Positions 19,251 to 29,006 of a stretch of DNA of 64,000 nucleotides are shown here, one piece after another; position 1 is the first letter of the stretch; each line of letters starts with the position of its first letter. The notes under the pieces were generated by a model, which was given only the letters and a program-made list of their open reading frames with translations, was not told the origin of the DNA and did no database searches. This stretch comes from Ferruginibacter sp. (GTDB lineage: Bacteria > Bacteroidota > Bacteroidia > Chitinophagales > Chitinophagaceae). Both the position numbers and the translations under genes were made by a program. The stretch covers positions 13,033-77,032 of the forward strand of contig JBGARK010000006.1 in assembly GCA_044230255.1 (NCBI GenBank). Direction: 5' to 3'.

Positions 19251-20564
19251 TTACAAATCTTCCAGCATTTTTACAACGCCTTCATTTTTTAATATTAAGT
19301 AGCCCAACCTGTCGTTGCTTATACCGGGTTTTAAGGTATAATTAAATTGCAATTGCCCGTTTTCAATACCCGTTTCAAAATAGTTAAAACTAATGTTAGG
19401 GTATTTGGCCAGTTGTTGCCCTATTTCGTAAAGATGCGTGGAGAGAATAAACAAAGAGCCTTTTACTTTCAGCAGCCCTTCTATTACAGTAGCGCTGCAT
19501 TTCATGGCATCATCCACATTGGTGCCTTTAAACAATTCGTCAATTAAAATAAGCCATTTTTTACCGTCATTCACTTTTTGCAGCATGGCTTTAACCCTTT
19601 GCACTTCGTTATAAAAAAAACTTTCACCCTTATGAATATCATCGGCTATATTGATATTGCTTAATAACCCATCAAATACACTTAAGTGCATTAACGTAGC
19701 AGGCACTCCCATTCCTATATGCGCTAAAAACACCGCAATACCCACCGCTTTTATAAAAGTGCTTTTGCCCGCCATATTGGCCCCAGTTAAAAATAAGAAA
19801 TTAGCTTCCTTATTTAGCACGGTATCATAGCTTACGGGCCGCTCCAATAAAATATGATATAAACCACGGGCTTCAATTACCGGCGTTGCCGAAGCAACCA
19901 GCTCCGGAAAAACCAGTTGATATTTTTTTACGGCCAGCGCCATTCCATGCCAGGCGTCTATGGTGGCATGCATTTGCAATAAGGCCTGCATTTGGTTTTT
20001 AAAACGGTAGCGTATAAAATGGGCAAAACGCAACAAGGCCGTTTTAGGCATTTCTTCTGCAGCGTTATAGCCGCCCATATATTCATCCATATGCTGCAAA
20101 ATACTTTGGCAACTGCTTAATAATTTTTGCAAAGGCGTTTCAGCATCCTTCACAAAAAGCAAGTGATTCAACTGCCCCATTCCTTTTATAAAATCAAAAC
20201 AATGCTTAGCCGAGTATTTCACCAAAGAATAATCCTGCCCCGAAAAAAGCTTATACATTGCCGCCGAAACTGCCGAAGGATAAGCCGGTATTTCATCTAA
20301 AGTGGCATGATAAAACCGTTCCACAACCATTATGGTTCCATTGCTGATCAGGTTTGTCCACCCGTTTTCTTTTTCAGCAATATGTTTCAAAACCTGTTGC
20401 ACAGCCTCTATTTCCTCTTTTGTTTTTAGAGGGGTTAACATTATCCGGCGAAATTCATCCCGCCCACTGCTGGTTTGAGTTGCATCAAGTTTTCCAAAAA
20501 CAGAAAACTCATCTTCGGCATTAAAAACAGAAAGGTCGAAAAAAGTGGTTTTATCCAGTTCCAT
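19251..20564 (-). CDS. MutS-related protein (ATPase domain only, no mismatch-recognition domain)
   Basis: Walker A 'GANMAGKSTFIKAVG' and Walker B 'LILIDELFKGTN' of MutS domain V. At 437 aa it is too short for MutS1 or MutS2. Confidence 0.75.
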   Translation of the reverse strand: MELDKTTFFDLSVFNAEDEFSVFGKLDATQTSSGRDEFRRIMLTPLKTKEEIEAVQQVLKHIAEKENGWTNLISNGTIMVVERFYHATLDEIPAYPSAVSAAMYKLFSGQDYSLVKYSAKHCFDFIKGMGQLNHLLFVKDAETPLQKLLSSCQSILQHMDEYMGGYNAAEEMPKTALLRFAHFIRYRFKNQMQALLQMHATIDAWHGMALAVKKYQLVFPELVASATPVIEARGLYHILLERPVSYDTVLNKEANFLFLTGANMAGKSTFIKAVGIAVFLAHIGMGVPATLMHLSVFDGLLSNINIADDIHKGESFFYNEVQRVKAMLQKVNDGKKWLILIDELFKGTNVDDAMKCSATVIEGLLKVKGSLFILSTHLYEIGQQLAKYPNISFNYFETGIENGQLQFNYTLKPGISNDRLGYLILKNEGVVKMLEDL

Positions 20565-20573
20565 ACGATAGGT

Positions 20574-21914
20574 TTATCGGTTAAAGCAAAGCCTTTCGCC
20601 GGTATAAGAGTCGTTTACTGCGCCATTTTCATAAACCAGGTTACCGTTTACAAAAGTTTTTTCAATGCATGCCGGAAATTGAAAATTTTCAAACGGGCTC
20701 CAGCCGCATTTATATAATATATTTTGAGGCGTTACGGTAAATGGTTTGTTTAAATCTATCACTACCAGGTCGGCCATATAACCTTCCCGTATATAGCCCC
20801 TTTCTTTAATTTGAAAACACTCAGCAACCGCATGGCTCATTTTACGCACAATATCTTCCAGGCTTATTTTACCCAGTTTATAATAGTAAAGCATTAAAGG
20901 CAGTGCATGCTGTACCAGGGGCAGGCCGGCATGAGCTTTTTCATAGGGCGGTTCCTTTTCACTTAACAAATGGGGTGCATGGTCGGTGGCAATTACATCC
21001 AGCCTGTCATCCAGCAATGCTTTCCATAATGCTTCTTTATTGTGAGGCGCTTTAATAGCCGGGTTGCATTTAATTTTATAACCCAGGCGTTCATAGTCAT
21101 TGGCCGTAAAATGCAAATGGTGTACGCATACTTCGGCAGTAATGCGTTTTTCTGTAAGCGGCATCATATTGCCAAACAACTGTAATTCTTTTTCGGTGCT
21201 GATGTGCAATATATGCAGGCGGCTGTTGTGCTTTTGGGCAAACTGTATGGCAATTAAAGAAGATTCAAAACAGGCTTCTTCATTTCGTATTACCGGGTGA
21301 TCGGATGGTTCTAATTCTGCTTTTTGAGCTTTTAAAGCCTGGTAATTCTGCCTGATGATGCGCTCATCTTCGCAATGTGTGGCAATAAGAATTTCACATT
21401 CCGAAAAAATTTTGTTGAGGGTATTATGATTGTCCACCAGCATATCTCCGGTGCTGCTGCCCATAAAAATTTTTACACCGCAAATATCATTCTTAAGTTT
21501 GTTTACCTGCAATGCATCATCCGCATTATGGTTACTCACACCCATAAAAAAAGAGTAGTTGGCCACCGATGTGGCTTTGGCTATGGCATATTTATCTTCC
21601 AGCAAACTTAAGGTTAATGCATTGGGAATGGTATTGGGCATTTCCATAAAACTGGTAATGCCACCGGCCACCGCAGCGCTGCTTTCGCTTCGTAGGGTAG
21701 CTTTATGGGTAAGCCCGGGTTCCCTAAAATGCACCTGGTCATCTATTGCCCCCGGCAATAAATGTTTGCCCCGGCCATTAATTTCAATCACTTTTTCTTT
21801 TACGGAAATATTGGGGTCAATTTTCTCGATGCGTTTATTTGCAACCAGGATATCTTTTTGCTCAATTTTTCCTTCATTCACTATGGATATATCCTTAATA
21901 AGGTATTTTTGCAT
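20574..21914 (-). CDS. pyrC: dihydroorotase (long, amidohydrolase type)
   Basis: 'GAIDDQVHFREPG' and 'IATDHAPH' metal-binding motifs, 446 aa. Confidence 0.8.
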   Translation of the reverse strand: MQKYLIKDISIVNEGKIEQKDILVANKRIEKIDPNISVKEKVIEINGRGKHLLPGAIDDQVHFREPGLTHKATLRSESSAAVAGGITSFMEMPNTIPNALTLSLLEDKYAIAKATSVANYSFFMGVSNHNADDALQVNKLKNDICGVKIFMGSSTGDMLVDNHNTLNKIFSECEILIATHCEDERIIRQNYQALKAQKAELEPSDHPVIRNEEACFESSLIAIQFAQKHNSRLHILHISTEKELQLFGNMMPLTEKRITAEVCVHHLHFTANDYERLGYKIKCNPAIKAPHNKEALWKALLDDRLDVIATDHAPHLLSEKEPPYEKAHAGLPLVQHALPLMLYYYKLGKISLEDIVRKMSHAVAECFQIKERGYIREGYMADLVVIDLNKPFTVTPQNILYKCGWSPFENFQFPACIEKTFVNGNLVYENGAVNDSYTGERLCFNR

Positions 21915-21958
21915 AACTTGAATTTAGTATTCGTTGTAAAATTAACCAATCCTGAAAG

Positions 21959-23674
21959 ATGCAAATTATTAAAAGCTTACTCAAACTCGCTGTATTTATT
22001 TTTCCCGTTGCTGCCACAGCCCAATCTACTTATCTTCCGCAGGATGCAAAAGAAAATGTTTTTATTGAACGGCTGGAAATAAAACAACAAAAAAACACCG
22101 ACCTCAATTTTTCAACACTCAAACCCTTTAACCGGAAATTTGTAGTGCAGGAAGCTGAATTTTTAGACAGCGCAAGGATGGGCTACCGGGATCCAGTAAC
22201 CAACCAGGATAAGTTGAAAGAATGGACCGACCTAAACCTTACAGCTATTGACGAGTATAATTTACAAAGCTTGTTGATGAACAGCGCCGAATGGGTAACC
22301 ACTCCAAAAGAAAATTTTGCAAGTAAAAAAACCTTTTTAAAATCGTTTTATAAAACCAAGGCTAATTTTTTTGAAGTAAATAAACCCGACTTTTTTTTAG
22401 CCATTAACCCCATGCTAAACGTTACCCTTGCCAAAGAGCGGGATACCAGCAACCTGGTTTTTCTAAACTCAAGAGGCGTAACCATAAGGGGATTGATTGC
22501 AAAAAAAGTGGGCTTTGCCGCCATGATTACAGATAACCAGGAACGTGGGCCCGCCAACTTCAGGCAATTTGAACAAGAGTACCGGGCCGTACCCGGCGTA
22601 GGCTTTTACAAACCCTACAAAACTTCCAAAGGTTTTGATTATTTTGACGGACGTGGATACTTTACTTTTAGCGCTGCTAAATTCATCAACTTCCAGGCGG
22701 GTTACGATAAAAATTTTATTGGAAACGGTTACCGGAGTTTATTCTTAAGCGATTTTGGCAACAGCTATCTTTTTGTAAAAATCAACACCCGCATCTGGAA
22801 ATTTAATTATCAGAATTTATTTATGGAGCTCATGCCACAGTTTGTAAAACATGGCGATGAGTTGCTGGACCGTAAATATGCCGCCATGCACCACCTAAGC
22901 ATGAATGTAAACCACTGGCTCAACATAGGCCTTTTTGAAGGAGTGGTTTTTGGCAGAAAAAACCGTTTTGATTTTCAATACCTCAACCCTATTATTTTCT
23001 TAAGGCATATTGAAGGCACCGTGGGCAGCCCCGATAATGCTTTGGCCGGTATTGATTTTAAAGCCAATGTGGCCCACCGGTTGCAATTTTACGGGCAAAT
23101 GATTATGGATGAATTTCGATTAAAAGATATTAAAAACGATCCAAAAAACTGGGTAAACAAATTTGGATTTCAACTGGGCATGAAGTACATAGATGCCTTT
23201 AATGTTAAAAACCTGGATGTGCAATTTGAAACCAACCGGGTAAGGCCGTTTGTATATTCCCACTCCGACAGTGTGGCCAATTATACCCATTACAACCAGC
23301 CGCTGGCCCATCCGCTGGGTGCAAACTTCCAGGAGTTTATTGGTATTGTGCGCTTTCAACCGGCACCTAAATGGATGCTCTATGCAAGGGCCATTTATTA
23401 TTACAAAGGGCTGGATAGCCTGGGCAGCAACTATGGGGGTAATATTTTTAAGCCCTATGTAACCCGCAGTGGTACCGATTTTTCCATTGGCGGTGGAGAA
23501 AAAGTAAAATGCCTCAATGCCTATGTATCGGTAAGCTATGAAGCCCGGGAAAATCTTTTTGTGGATTTATCTTTATTGCTAAGAAAATATAAAGGCAATG
23601 GAATTGACTCCAACAACCCTATGGTATCAGCCGGTATTAGGTTAAACTTTTGGAAACGGAATTACGATTACTAA
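21959..23674 (+). CDS. conserved outer-membrane protein of unknown function (Wzi-like capsule-assembly family is only a guess)
   Basis: Signal peptide 'AVFIFPVAATAQS' and a long beta-rich sequence ending in aromatic residues ('WKRNYDY'). The CDS call is solid; the family assignment is weak. Confidence 0.6.
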   Translation: MQIIKSLLKLAVFIFPVAATAQSTYLPQDAKENVFIERLEIKQQKNTDLNFSTLKPFNRKFVVQEAEFLDSARMGYRDPVTNQDKLKEWTDLNLTAIDEYNLQSLLMNSAEWVTTPKENFASKKTFLKSFYKTKANFFEVNKPDFFLAINPMLNVTLAKERDTSNLVFLNSRGVTIRGLIAKKVGFAAMITDNQERGPANFRQFEQEYRAVPGVGFYKPYKTSKGFDYFDGRGYFTFSAAKFINFQAGYDKNFIGNGYRSLFLSDFGNSYLFVKINTRIWKFNYQNLFMELMPQFVKHGDELLDRKYAAMHHLSMNVNHWLNIGLFEGVVFGRKNRFDFQYLNPIIFLRHIEGTVGSPDNALAGIDFKANVAHRLQFYGQMIMDEFRLKDIKNDPKNWVNKFGFQLGMKYIDAFNVKNLDVQFETNRVRPFVYSHSDSVANYTHYNQPLAHPLGANFQEFIGIVRFQPAPKWMLYARAIYYYKGLDSLGSNYGGNIFKPYVTRSGTDFSIGGGEKVKCLNAYVSVSYEARENLFVDLSLLLRKYKGNGIDSNNPMVSAGIRLNFWKRNYDY

Positions 23675-23677
23675 AAA

Positions 23678-24412
23678 CTATTCTACCGTAAGCGAAAGAG
23701 AAATGGTACGGGCATTTATTTTATCAATAGTGTTGGAAAATTTAAGCGCCGGGTCACGGCTGTGCACATTGTTTAAGCCCCAGCCTACTTTAAGTTCGGG
23801 TGTTAATACAAATACCGGAAAGTAAATATGAAAGCCTATACCGGCTTCCACCCCGTAATCAAAACGTTTTAACTTAAAAAGCGATTCAGCATTTTTAGCT
23901 CCGGCATTGGCCGCCATATCGTACTCCACTTTTAATCCCCCCATCATATACACTTTAAAATTAGCAATTCGGTCGCTGCTGAATTTGAGTTGTATAGGAA
24001 ATGCCAGGGTAATGCCCTGTACCTTTTTAGTCATCAGGCTGTCTTCTCCTTCAACGGTATTGGGATGTTTAAGATGGTATTGAAAAGCTTTTTCGGTAAA
24101 TACCAGGCTTAGTGGGTAAGTACGAATATCAAAATGGTTGTTTAGATTAAAATTAACCAGCCAGGCAAGGTTAATACCGGTACTGTTGAGGCTTTCTATT
24201 ACATTAATGCTATCCTGGTTTAAAAAAAGCGGGTGGTGCCCAAAGTTATAATGCGACCGGTTAGCGCCAACATTAATCCCAAACCGTACGGCACGGTAAT
24301 CATGGTCCGGCAAATTAATTTCCGTTTCCTGGGCATGGGAAAATTGTGGCGCAAAAGCACAACTCATCACAAAAAAACCTACTGCTATTTTTCTCCGCAA
24401 TAAATGCTGCAT
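23678..24412 (-). CDS. porT: PorT/SprT-family outer-membrane beta-barrel protein (type IX secretion-associated)
   Basis: 244 aa with a signal peptide ending 'SHAQ' and a beta-barrel pattern. It sits directly downstream of ubiE and overlaps it, an arrangement I recall as conserved in Bacteroidota. Confidence 0.6.
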   Translation of the reverse strand: MQHLLRRKIAVGFFVMSCAFAPQFSHAQETEINLPDHDYRAVRFGINVGANRSHYNFGHHPLFLNQDSINVIESLNSTGINLAWLVNFNLNNHFDIRTYPLSLVFTEKAFQYHLKHPNTVEGEDSLMTKKVQGITLAFPIQLKFSSDRIANFKVYMMGGLKVEYDMAANAGAKNAESLFKLKRFDYGVEAGIGFHIYFPVFVLTPELKVGWGLNNVHSRDPALKFSNTIDKINARTISLSLTVE

Positions 24413-25128
24413 ATTCCTAAGGTCAAAGGTTTATTGGCCGTGTTACAATAACCAAGGCCATTTAAAATGTTTACAAAGTTTTTTCCTTCCGGAAATTGTT
24501 GTATAGATTTATTCAAATAGCGGTATGCATGTGGGTTTTTAGAAAAAATACTGCAAATAGCCGGGGCCATGGTTTGCATATAAAAATTATAGAGCGCTTT
24601 CATCAACCTGCTTTGGGGTTTACTAAATTCCAAAACCACTAATCGTCCGCCGGGTTTAAGTACCCTAAATATTTCCGACAATCCTTTCTCCAGGTTTTGG
24701 AAATTTCTTACTCCAAAAGCTACGGTTACAGCGTCAAACGTATTATCATTAAAATTTATTGTTTCGCTATCGCCCTTTAACAATTCTATAGAGCCGCCCA
24801 GGCCTAATTGGTTGATTTTATCTTTTCCAATTGCTAACATGCCATCGCTAATATCAATACCGGTTATTTTACCCGGCTTTAGCAAACGGGATGCCATAAT
24901 GGCCATATCACCGGTTCCGGTGGCCACATCCAGCATATGGTTTAAGGGCCGGTGGCTTAATTGACGAAGCGCTTTTTTTCGCCAGCCCATATCAGTTCCT
25001 ACACTTAAAAACCGGTTTAAAAAATCGTATCGGCCTGCAATATCATCAAACATTTCTTCTACTTGCTCTTTTTTGCTTCGCTCAGAGCCGGCAAATGGAA
25101 CAACGGTATCATGGGCAAATTTCATCAT
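24385..25128 (-). CDS. ubiE: demethylmenaquinone / ubiquinone-type C-methyltransferase
   Basis: SAM-binding 'LDVATGTGDMA', 'YDFLNRFLSVG', 'LKPGGRLVVLEFS'. Confidence 0.9.
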   Translation of the reverse strand: MMKFAHDTVVPFAGSERSKKEQVEEMFDDIAGRYDFLNRFLSVGTDMGWRKKALRQLSHRPLNHMLDVATGTGDMAIMASRLLKPGKITGIDISDGMLAIGKDKINQLGLGGSIELLKGDSETINFNDNTFDAVTVAFGVRNFQNLEKGLSEIFRVLKPGGRLVVLEFSKPQSRLMKALYNFYMQTMAPAICSIFSKNPHAYRYLNKSIQQFPEGKNFVNILNGLGYCNTANKPLTLGICSIYCGEK

Positions 25129-25179
25129 AAACCGTACAAAGATAATGGTTTGATATTGCCCTAAGATATTATAAACACG

Positions 25180-25208
25180 TTGTTACAGTTTTTTAAAAGT
25201 TAAATTTG
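25180..25208 (+). promoter_or_regulatory. candidate sigma-A promoter for engB
   Basis: TTG (25180-25182), an 18-nt spacer, then TAAATTTG (25201-25208), 16 nt upstream of the ATG at 25225. Confidence 0.45.
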
Positions 25209-25224
25209 CAGTAATTTTTCGTTT

Positions 25225-25869
25225 ATGCATATTCAAAAAGCCACGTATCTCATCAGCAGCCCATCGGTAGAAAACTGCCCAAAACCCGATAAGCCGGAGT
25301 ATGCATTTATTGGCCGGAGTAATGTGGGCAAGTCGTCGCTTATCAATACCTTAAGCAATAATGCCAGGCTTGCCAAAACCTCTGCAAGCCCGGGTAAAAC
25401 GCAACTCATCAATCATTTTTTAATTGAAAGTATAAAGTCTGCAAACGATAGCAGCCAAAACCAAATTGCCGATCGCTGGTTTTTGGTGGATTTGCCGGGA
25501 TATGGATTTGCAAAAACCAGCCTATCCAGCCGCAGGCGTTGGGAACAAATGATTGAAAACTACCTTCGCAATAGAGAAAACCTTGCGCAGGTATTTGTAT
25601 TAATTGATAGCCGCCACAGGCCCCAAAAAATTGATTTGGAATTTGTTGACAAACTTTATTTGTGGCAATTGCCTTTTAGCCTGGTTTTTACCAAAAGCGA
25701 TAAAGAAAACCAGCGCACCGTAAGCAAAAATGTAAAAGATTTTATGGAAGCATTAAAAGGGCAAATGCAATTTTTACCACGGCATTTTATTACCAGTTCT
25801 TTAAAAAAAACAGGCCGGGATAAACTGCTGAATTTTATTGCCGAAACCAATGAAGACGCTATAAGCTAA
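25225..25869 (+). CDS. engB: ribosome-biogenesis GTPase YihA/EngB
   Basis: G1 'GRSNVGKSSLIN', 'DLPGYG', 'TKSDK'. Confidence 0.9.
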   Translation: MHIQKATYLISSPSVENCPKPDKPEYAFIGRSNVGKSSLINTLSNNARLAKTSASPGKTQLINHFLIESIKSANDSSQNQIADRWFLVDLPGYGFAKTSLSSRRRWEQMIENYLRNRENLAQVFVLIDSRHRPQKIDLEFVDKLYLWQLPFSLVFTKSDKENQRTVSKNVKDFMEALKGQMQFLPRHFITSSLKKTGRDKLLNFIAETNEDAIS

Positions 25870-25873
25870 AAGA

Positions 25874-26455
25874 TTACCCGGCCAGGAAGTTTTTCACCAC
25901 TTCTTCAGCCTTTGCAAAAGCCTGCGCCAGGTTATCGTTTACAATTACGGTATTAAAAGTGCCTTTAAAGGAAATTTCATAAGAAGCTTTATTGATCCGT
26001 GCTGCCAGGGTTTCTTCGGTTTCGGTTCCACGGCTCATTAATCGTTTTTTCAATTCTTCTATGCTGGGCGGCTCAATAAATATGCTAAACGTGTTTACAG
26101 GGTACTGGCTTTGCACATGCAGGGCGCCTTTTACATCAATGTCCAAAATGGGTACCTGGCTATTTTTCCAAATACGCTCCAACTCACTTTTTAAAGTGCC
26201 GTAATATTTACCTTCATATACCATTTCCCACTCGGCAAAATCTTTGGCTTTTATTTTTTGCTTGAATTCTTCTTCACTCATAAAATAATAATCCACCCCG
26301 TTTTTTTCATAACTCCTGGGCTGTCGAGTGGCTGCCGAAATGGAAAAAGCCAATTGGGGAAATTTTTGCAACAGGTGATGGGTGATGGATGTTTTACCGG
26401 CCCCGGAGGGAGCGGTAATTATGAGTATTTTGTGAAACTGCTCTGCCATGTGCAA
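25874..26455 (-). CDS. gmk: guanylate kinase
   Basis: P-loop 'APSGAGKTS', 'TRQPRSYEKNGVDYYF'. Confidence 0.9.
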   Translation of the reverse strand: MHMAEQFHKILIITAPSGAGKTSITHHLLQKFPQLAFSISAATRQPRSYEKNGVDYYFMSEEEFKQKIKAKDFAEWEMVYEGKYYGTLKSELERIWKNSQVPILDIDVKGALHVQSQYPVNTFSIFIEPPSIEELKKRLMSRGTETEETLAARINKASYEISFKGTFNTVIVNDNLAQAFAKAEEVVKNFLAG

Positions 26456-26494
26456 AGAAAAGAAAATTCATTTAAACCGGCATAAAATAAAATA

Positions 26495-26513
26495 CCCCGG
26501 AAAATTTCCGGGG
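26495..26513 (-). terminator. intrinsic terminator downstream of the 61-aa ORF
   Basis: ccccgg-aaaattt-ccgggg hairpin. On the minus strand it is followed by tattttatttt. Confidence 0.7.
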
Positions 26514-26534
26514 CAGTAAAAATTTTTCAAAGAA

Positions 26535-26720
26535 TTAAAGCTTTACGGTCTTTTCTTCTTTGTCGCCATGGCAACTTTTTTTGCAATCTTTTTTCTCTGC
26601 TTTGCTCATTTTACTGCAGCAGGATTTGCCTTTGGCACACTTTTTCTTTTTGCCTTTATCTGCCATAGCAACACCGGTTACCATAAAAAAGGCAGCAGCT
26701 AATAAAAATACTTTTTTCAT
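26535..26720 (-). CDS. small secreted Lys/Cys-rich peptide (61 aa precursor)
   Basis: Signal peptide MKKVFLLAAAFFMVTGVAMA. The mature 41 aa contain 5 Cys and many Lys. It has its own terminator and a TACATTTG -7 box (26762-26755, minus strand). Confidence 0.6.
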   Translation of the reverse strand: MKKVFLLAAAFFMVTGVAMADKGKKKKCAKGKSCCSKMSKAEKKDCKKSCHGDKEEKTVKL

Positions 26721-26889
26721 ACTTCAATAATAATTTTTTGTATTGTACAATGCTCAAATGTACTCAATCAGCGGTAAAAAAGAGAAGAATCCTGTTAAAA
26801 AAAATAAAAAGACTTAAAGGTATTTTTTACTTATTGAGCCAGCCCAATGGGCTTTTCGACTAACTTTGCCTCCCATAAGCTCTAAGTGA

Positions 26890-27579
26890 TTGAAATACAG
26901 GCATCTTTTTTTTGATTTAGACCATACTTTATGGGATTTTGACCACAATGCACGGATTAGCCTCCGGCAAATTTTTGGCTTGTACCAGCTTGAAAAAATT
27001 GCTTCTTTCCAGGATTTTTACCGCAATTACCTGCTGCATAATGCGGCCCTTTGGGAAAAATATGAAAAAGGGCTTATTAAAGCCGATGAGCTAAAATGGA
27101 AAAGGATGTGGCGAACGCTTTTGGATTTTAAAGTAGCCGATGAACCTTTGGCAAGAAAACTGAGCGAAAGTTTTTTAGAAATTTTGCCCGATCAAAAAAA
27201 TGTATTTCCCCACACTTTTGAAATATTGGGTTACCTGCAACAAAAAAATTATCAACTGCATTTAATCACCAATGGATTTGAAAAAACGCAATGGCGTAAG
27301 CTTAACAGCAGTGGCCTCCATAAATTTTTTACCCGGGTAATTACCTCCGAAGCCAGCAACAGTATAAAACCTAATAAAGAAATATTTGACTACGCACTAC
27401 AAGCTGCCGGCGCAGGGCTTACAGAAAGCATTATGATTGGCGATAACCCCGAAACCGATATTAAAGGCGCTTTAAACGCAGGGTTAGATGCCGTTTTTGT
27501 AAACCACATTAATGTTGCAACGGATATAAAATCCACTTTTACAGTTACACACTTACAGCAGTTGGAAGAAATTTTTTAG
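26890..27579 (+). CDS. HAD-superfamily hydrolase, YjjG-like nucleotidase
   Basis: Motif I 'FFDLDHTLWDF' and motif IV 'IGDNPETDIKGA'. The TTG start is forced: an in-frame TGA at 26887-26889 immediately precedes it. Confidence 0.7.
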   Translation: MKYRHLFFDLDHTLWDFDHNARISLRQIFGLYQLEKIASFQDFYRNYLLHNAALWEKYEKGLIKADELKWKRMWRTLLDFKVADEPLARKLSESFLEILPDQKNVFPHTFEILGYLQQKNYQLHLITNGFEKTQWRKLNSSGLHKFFTRVITSEASNSIKPNKEIFDYALQAAGAGLTESIMIGDNPETDIKGALNAGLDAVFVNHINVATDIKSTFTVTHLQQLEEIF

Positions 27580-28886
27580 CTGTTCTTTCTCACAATATCC
27601 GCTCCCAGGTTTCTTAAGCGCTCATCTATATTTTGGTAGCCACGGTCTATTTGTTCTATATTTTGAATGCTGCTTTTGCCTTGTGCGCTAAGCGCTGCTA
27701 TGAGCAAAGCCACGCCGGCCCTTATATCGGGGCTGCTCATGGTAATGCCCCGGAGTTGGGTTTCTCTTTCCAGCCCAATTACTACGGCCCGGTGTGGATC
27801 GCATAAAATAATTTGTGCGCCCATTTCAATGAGTTTATCGGTAAAGAACAATCGGCTTTCAAACATTTTTTGATGGATGAGTACGCTGCCTCTTGCCTGT
27901 ATGGCGGTTACTAAAACAATGCTCAGTAAATCTGGTGTAAAGCCCGGCCAGGGATGGTCGTAAATGGTGAGTACACCACCATCTAAATATTTTTGTATTT
28001 CATAAATTTCCTGAGCAGGCACATGAATATCATCTCCGTTAAACTCCATTTTAATACCCAGTTGCTGAAATTTTTCGGGTATCATTCCCAACTCCTTTAC
28101 CCCTGCATTTTTTATGGTAATATCGCTTTGCGTCATGGCTGCAAGGCCAATAAAACTGCCCACTTCAATCATATCGGCCAGCAAGGTATGTGTTGTTCCG
28201 TTTAATTTTTCTACACCATGTATCTCTAACATATTACTGCCAATACCTTCAATTTTTGCACCCATGTGGTTGAGCATTTTGCAAAGTTGCTGCAGGTAAG
28301 GTTCGCAGGCTGCGTTGTAAATGGTAGTTGTACCTTCTGCCATTACTGCGGCCATAAGTATATTGGCGGTGCCGGTTACACTGGGTTCATCCAGCAACAT
28401 ATAGGCGCCTTTTAAGCCGGGTGTTTGCAGGGTAAAATATCCTTCGCCTTCGGTATAAGAGAAGGAGGCGTTTAATTTTTCAAAGCCTATAATATGTGTG
28501 TCTAATCTCCTTCTTCCAATTTTATCCCCTCCGGGTTTTGGTAAATAGGCTTTTTTAAACCTTGCCAGCAGTGGACCGGCAAGCATTACAGAGCCTCTTA
28601 GCCGGGAGCTTTTTTTGTGAAATTCTTTACTGCTTAAGTAATCAACATTTACCTCATCGGCTTTAAAGCTGCAAGTATGCCGGTCTATGCGGTTTATTTT
28701 CACCTGCATTTCCCCAAGCAATTCTATTTGCAGGTTTACATCAATAATGTCGGGAATGTTTTTAATAATTACTTCTTCGCTGGTAAGCAATACTGCGCTT
28801 ATAATTTGCAAGGCTTCGTTTTTAGCGCCTTGCGGAGTAATTTCACCCGAAAGGGTTTTGCCACCTCGTACTTCAAATATTCCCAT
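27576..28886 (-). CDS. murA: UDP-N-acetylglucosamine 1-carboxyvinyltransferase
   Basis: 'GAKNEALQIISAVLLT' at the N-terminus, 436 aa, C-terminal 'RGYQNIDERLRNLGA'. Confidence 0.95.
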   Translation of the reverse strand: MGIFEVRGGKTLSGEITPQGAKNEALQIISAVLLTSEEVIIKNIPDIIDVNLQIELLGEMQVKINRIDRHTCSFKADEVNVDYLSSKEFHKKSSRLRGSVMLAGPLLARFKKAYLPKPGGDKIGRRRLDTHIIGFEKLNASFSYTEGEGYFTLQTPGLKGAYMLLDEPSVTGTANILMAAVMAEGTTTIYNAACEPYLQQLCKMLNHMGAKIEGIGSNMLEIHGVEKLNGTTHTLLADMIEVGSFIGLAAMTQSDITIKNAGVKELGMIPEKFQQLGIKMEFNGDDIHVPAQEIYEIQKYLDGGVLTIYDHPWPGFTPDLLSIVLVTAIQARGSVLIHQKMFESRLFFTDKLIEMGAQIILCDPHRAVVIGLERETQLRGITMSSPDIRAGVALLIAALSAQGKSSIQNIEQIDRGYQNIDERLRNLGADIVRKNS

Positions 28887-28959
28887 TGGATGTAAGGTTG
28901 AAAAAACAGTTTAATATTTCAGCACGAAAATAAGAAGCTTCGCACTTAAAAAATAAAAA

Positions 28960-28982
28960 AGGCCTGCACAATGTGCAAACCT
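28960..28982 (-). terminator. intrinsic terminator after the repeat-protein gene
   Basis: Minus strand reads aggtttgcac-att-gtgcaggcct (10-bp stem including two G-U pairs) followed by tttttt. Confidence 0.65.
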
Positions 28983-29006
28983 TTAAAATATTTTTAACCG
29001 AATAAT

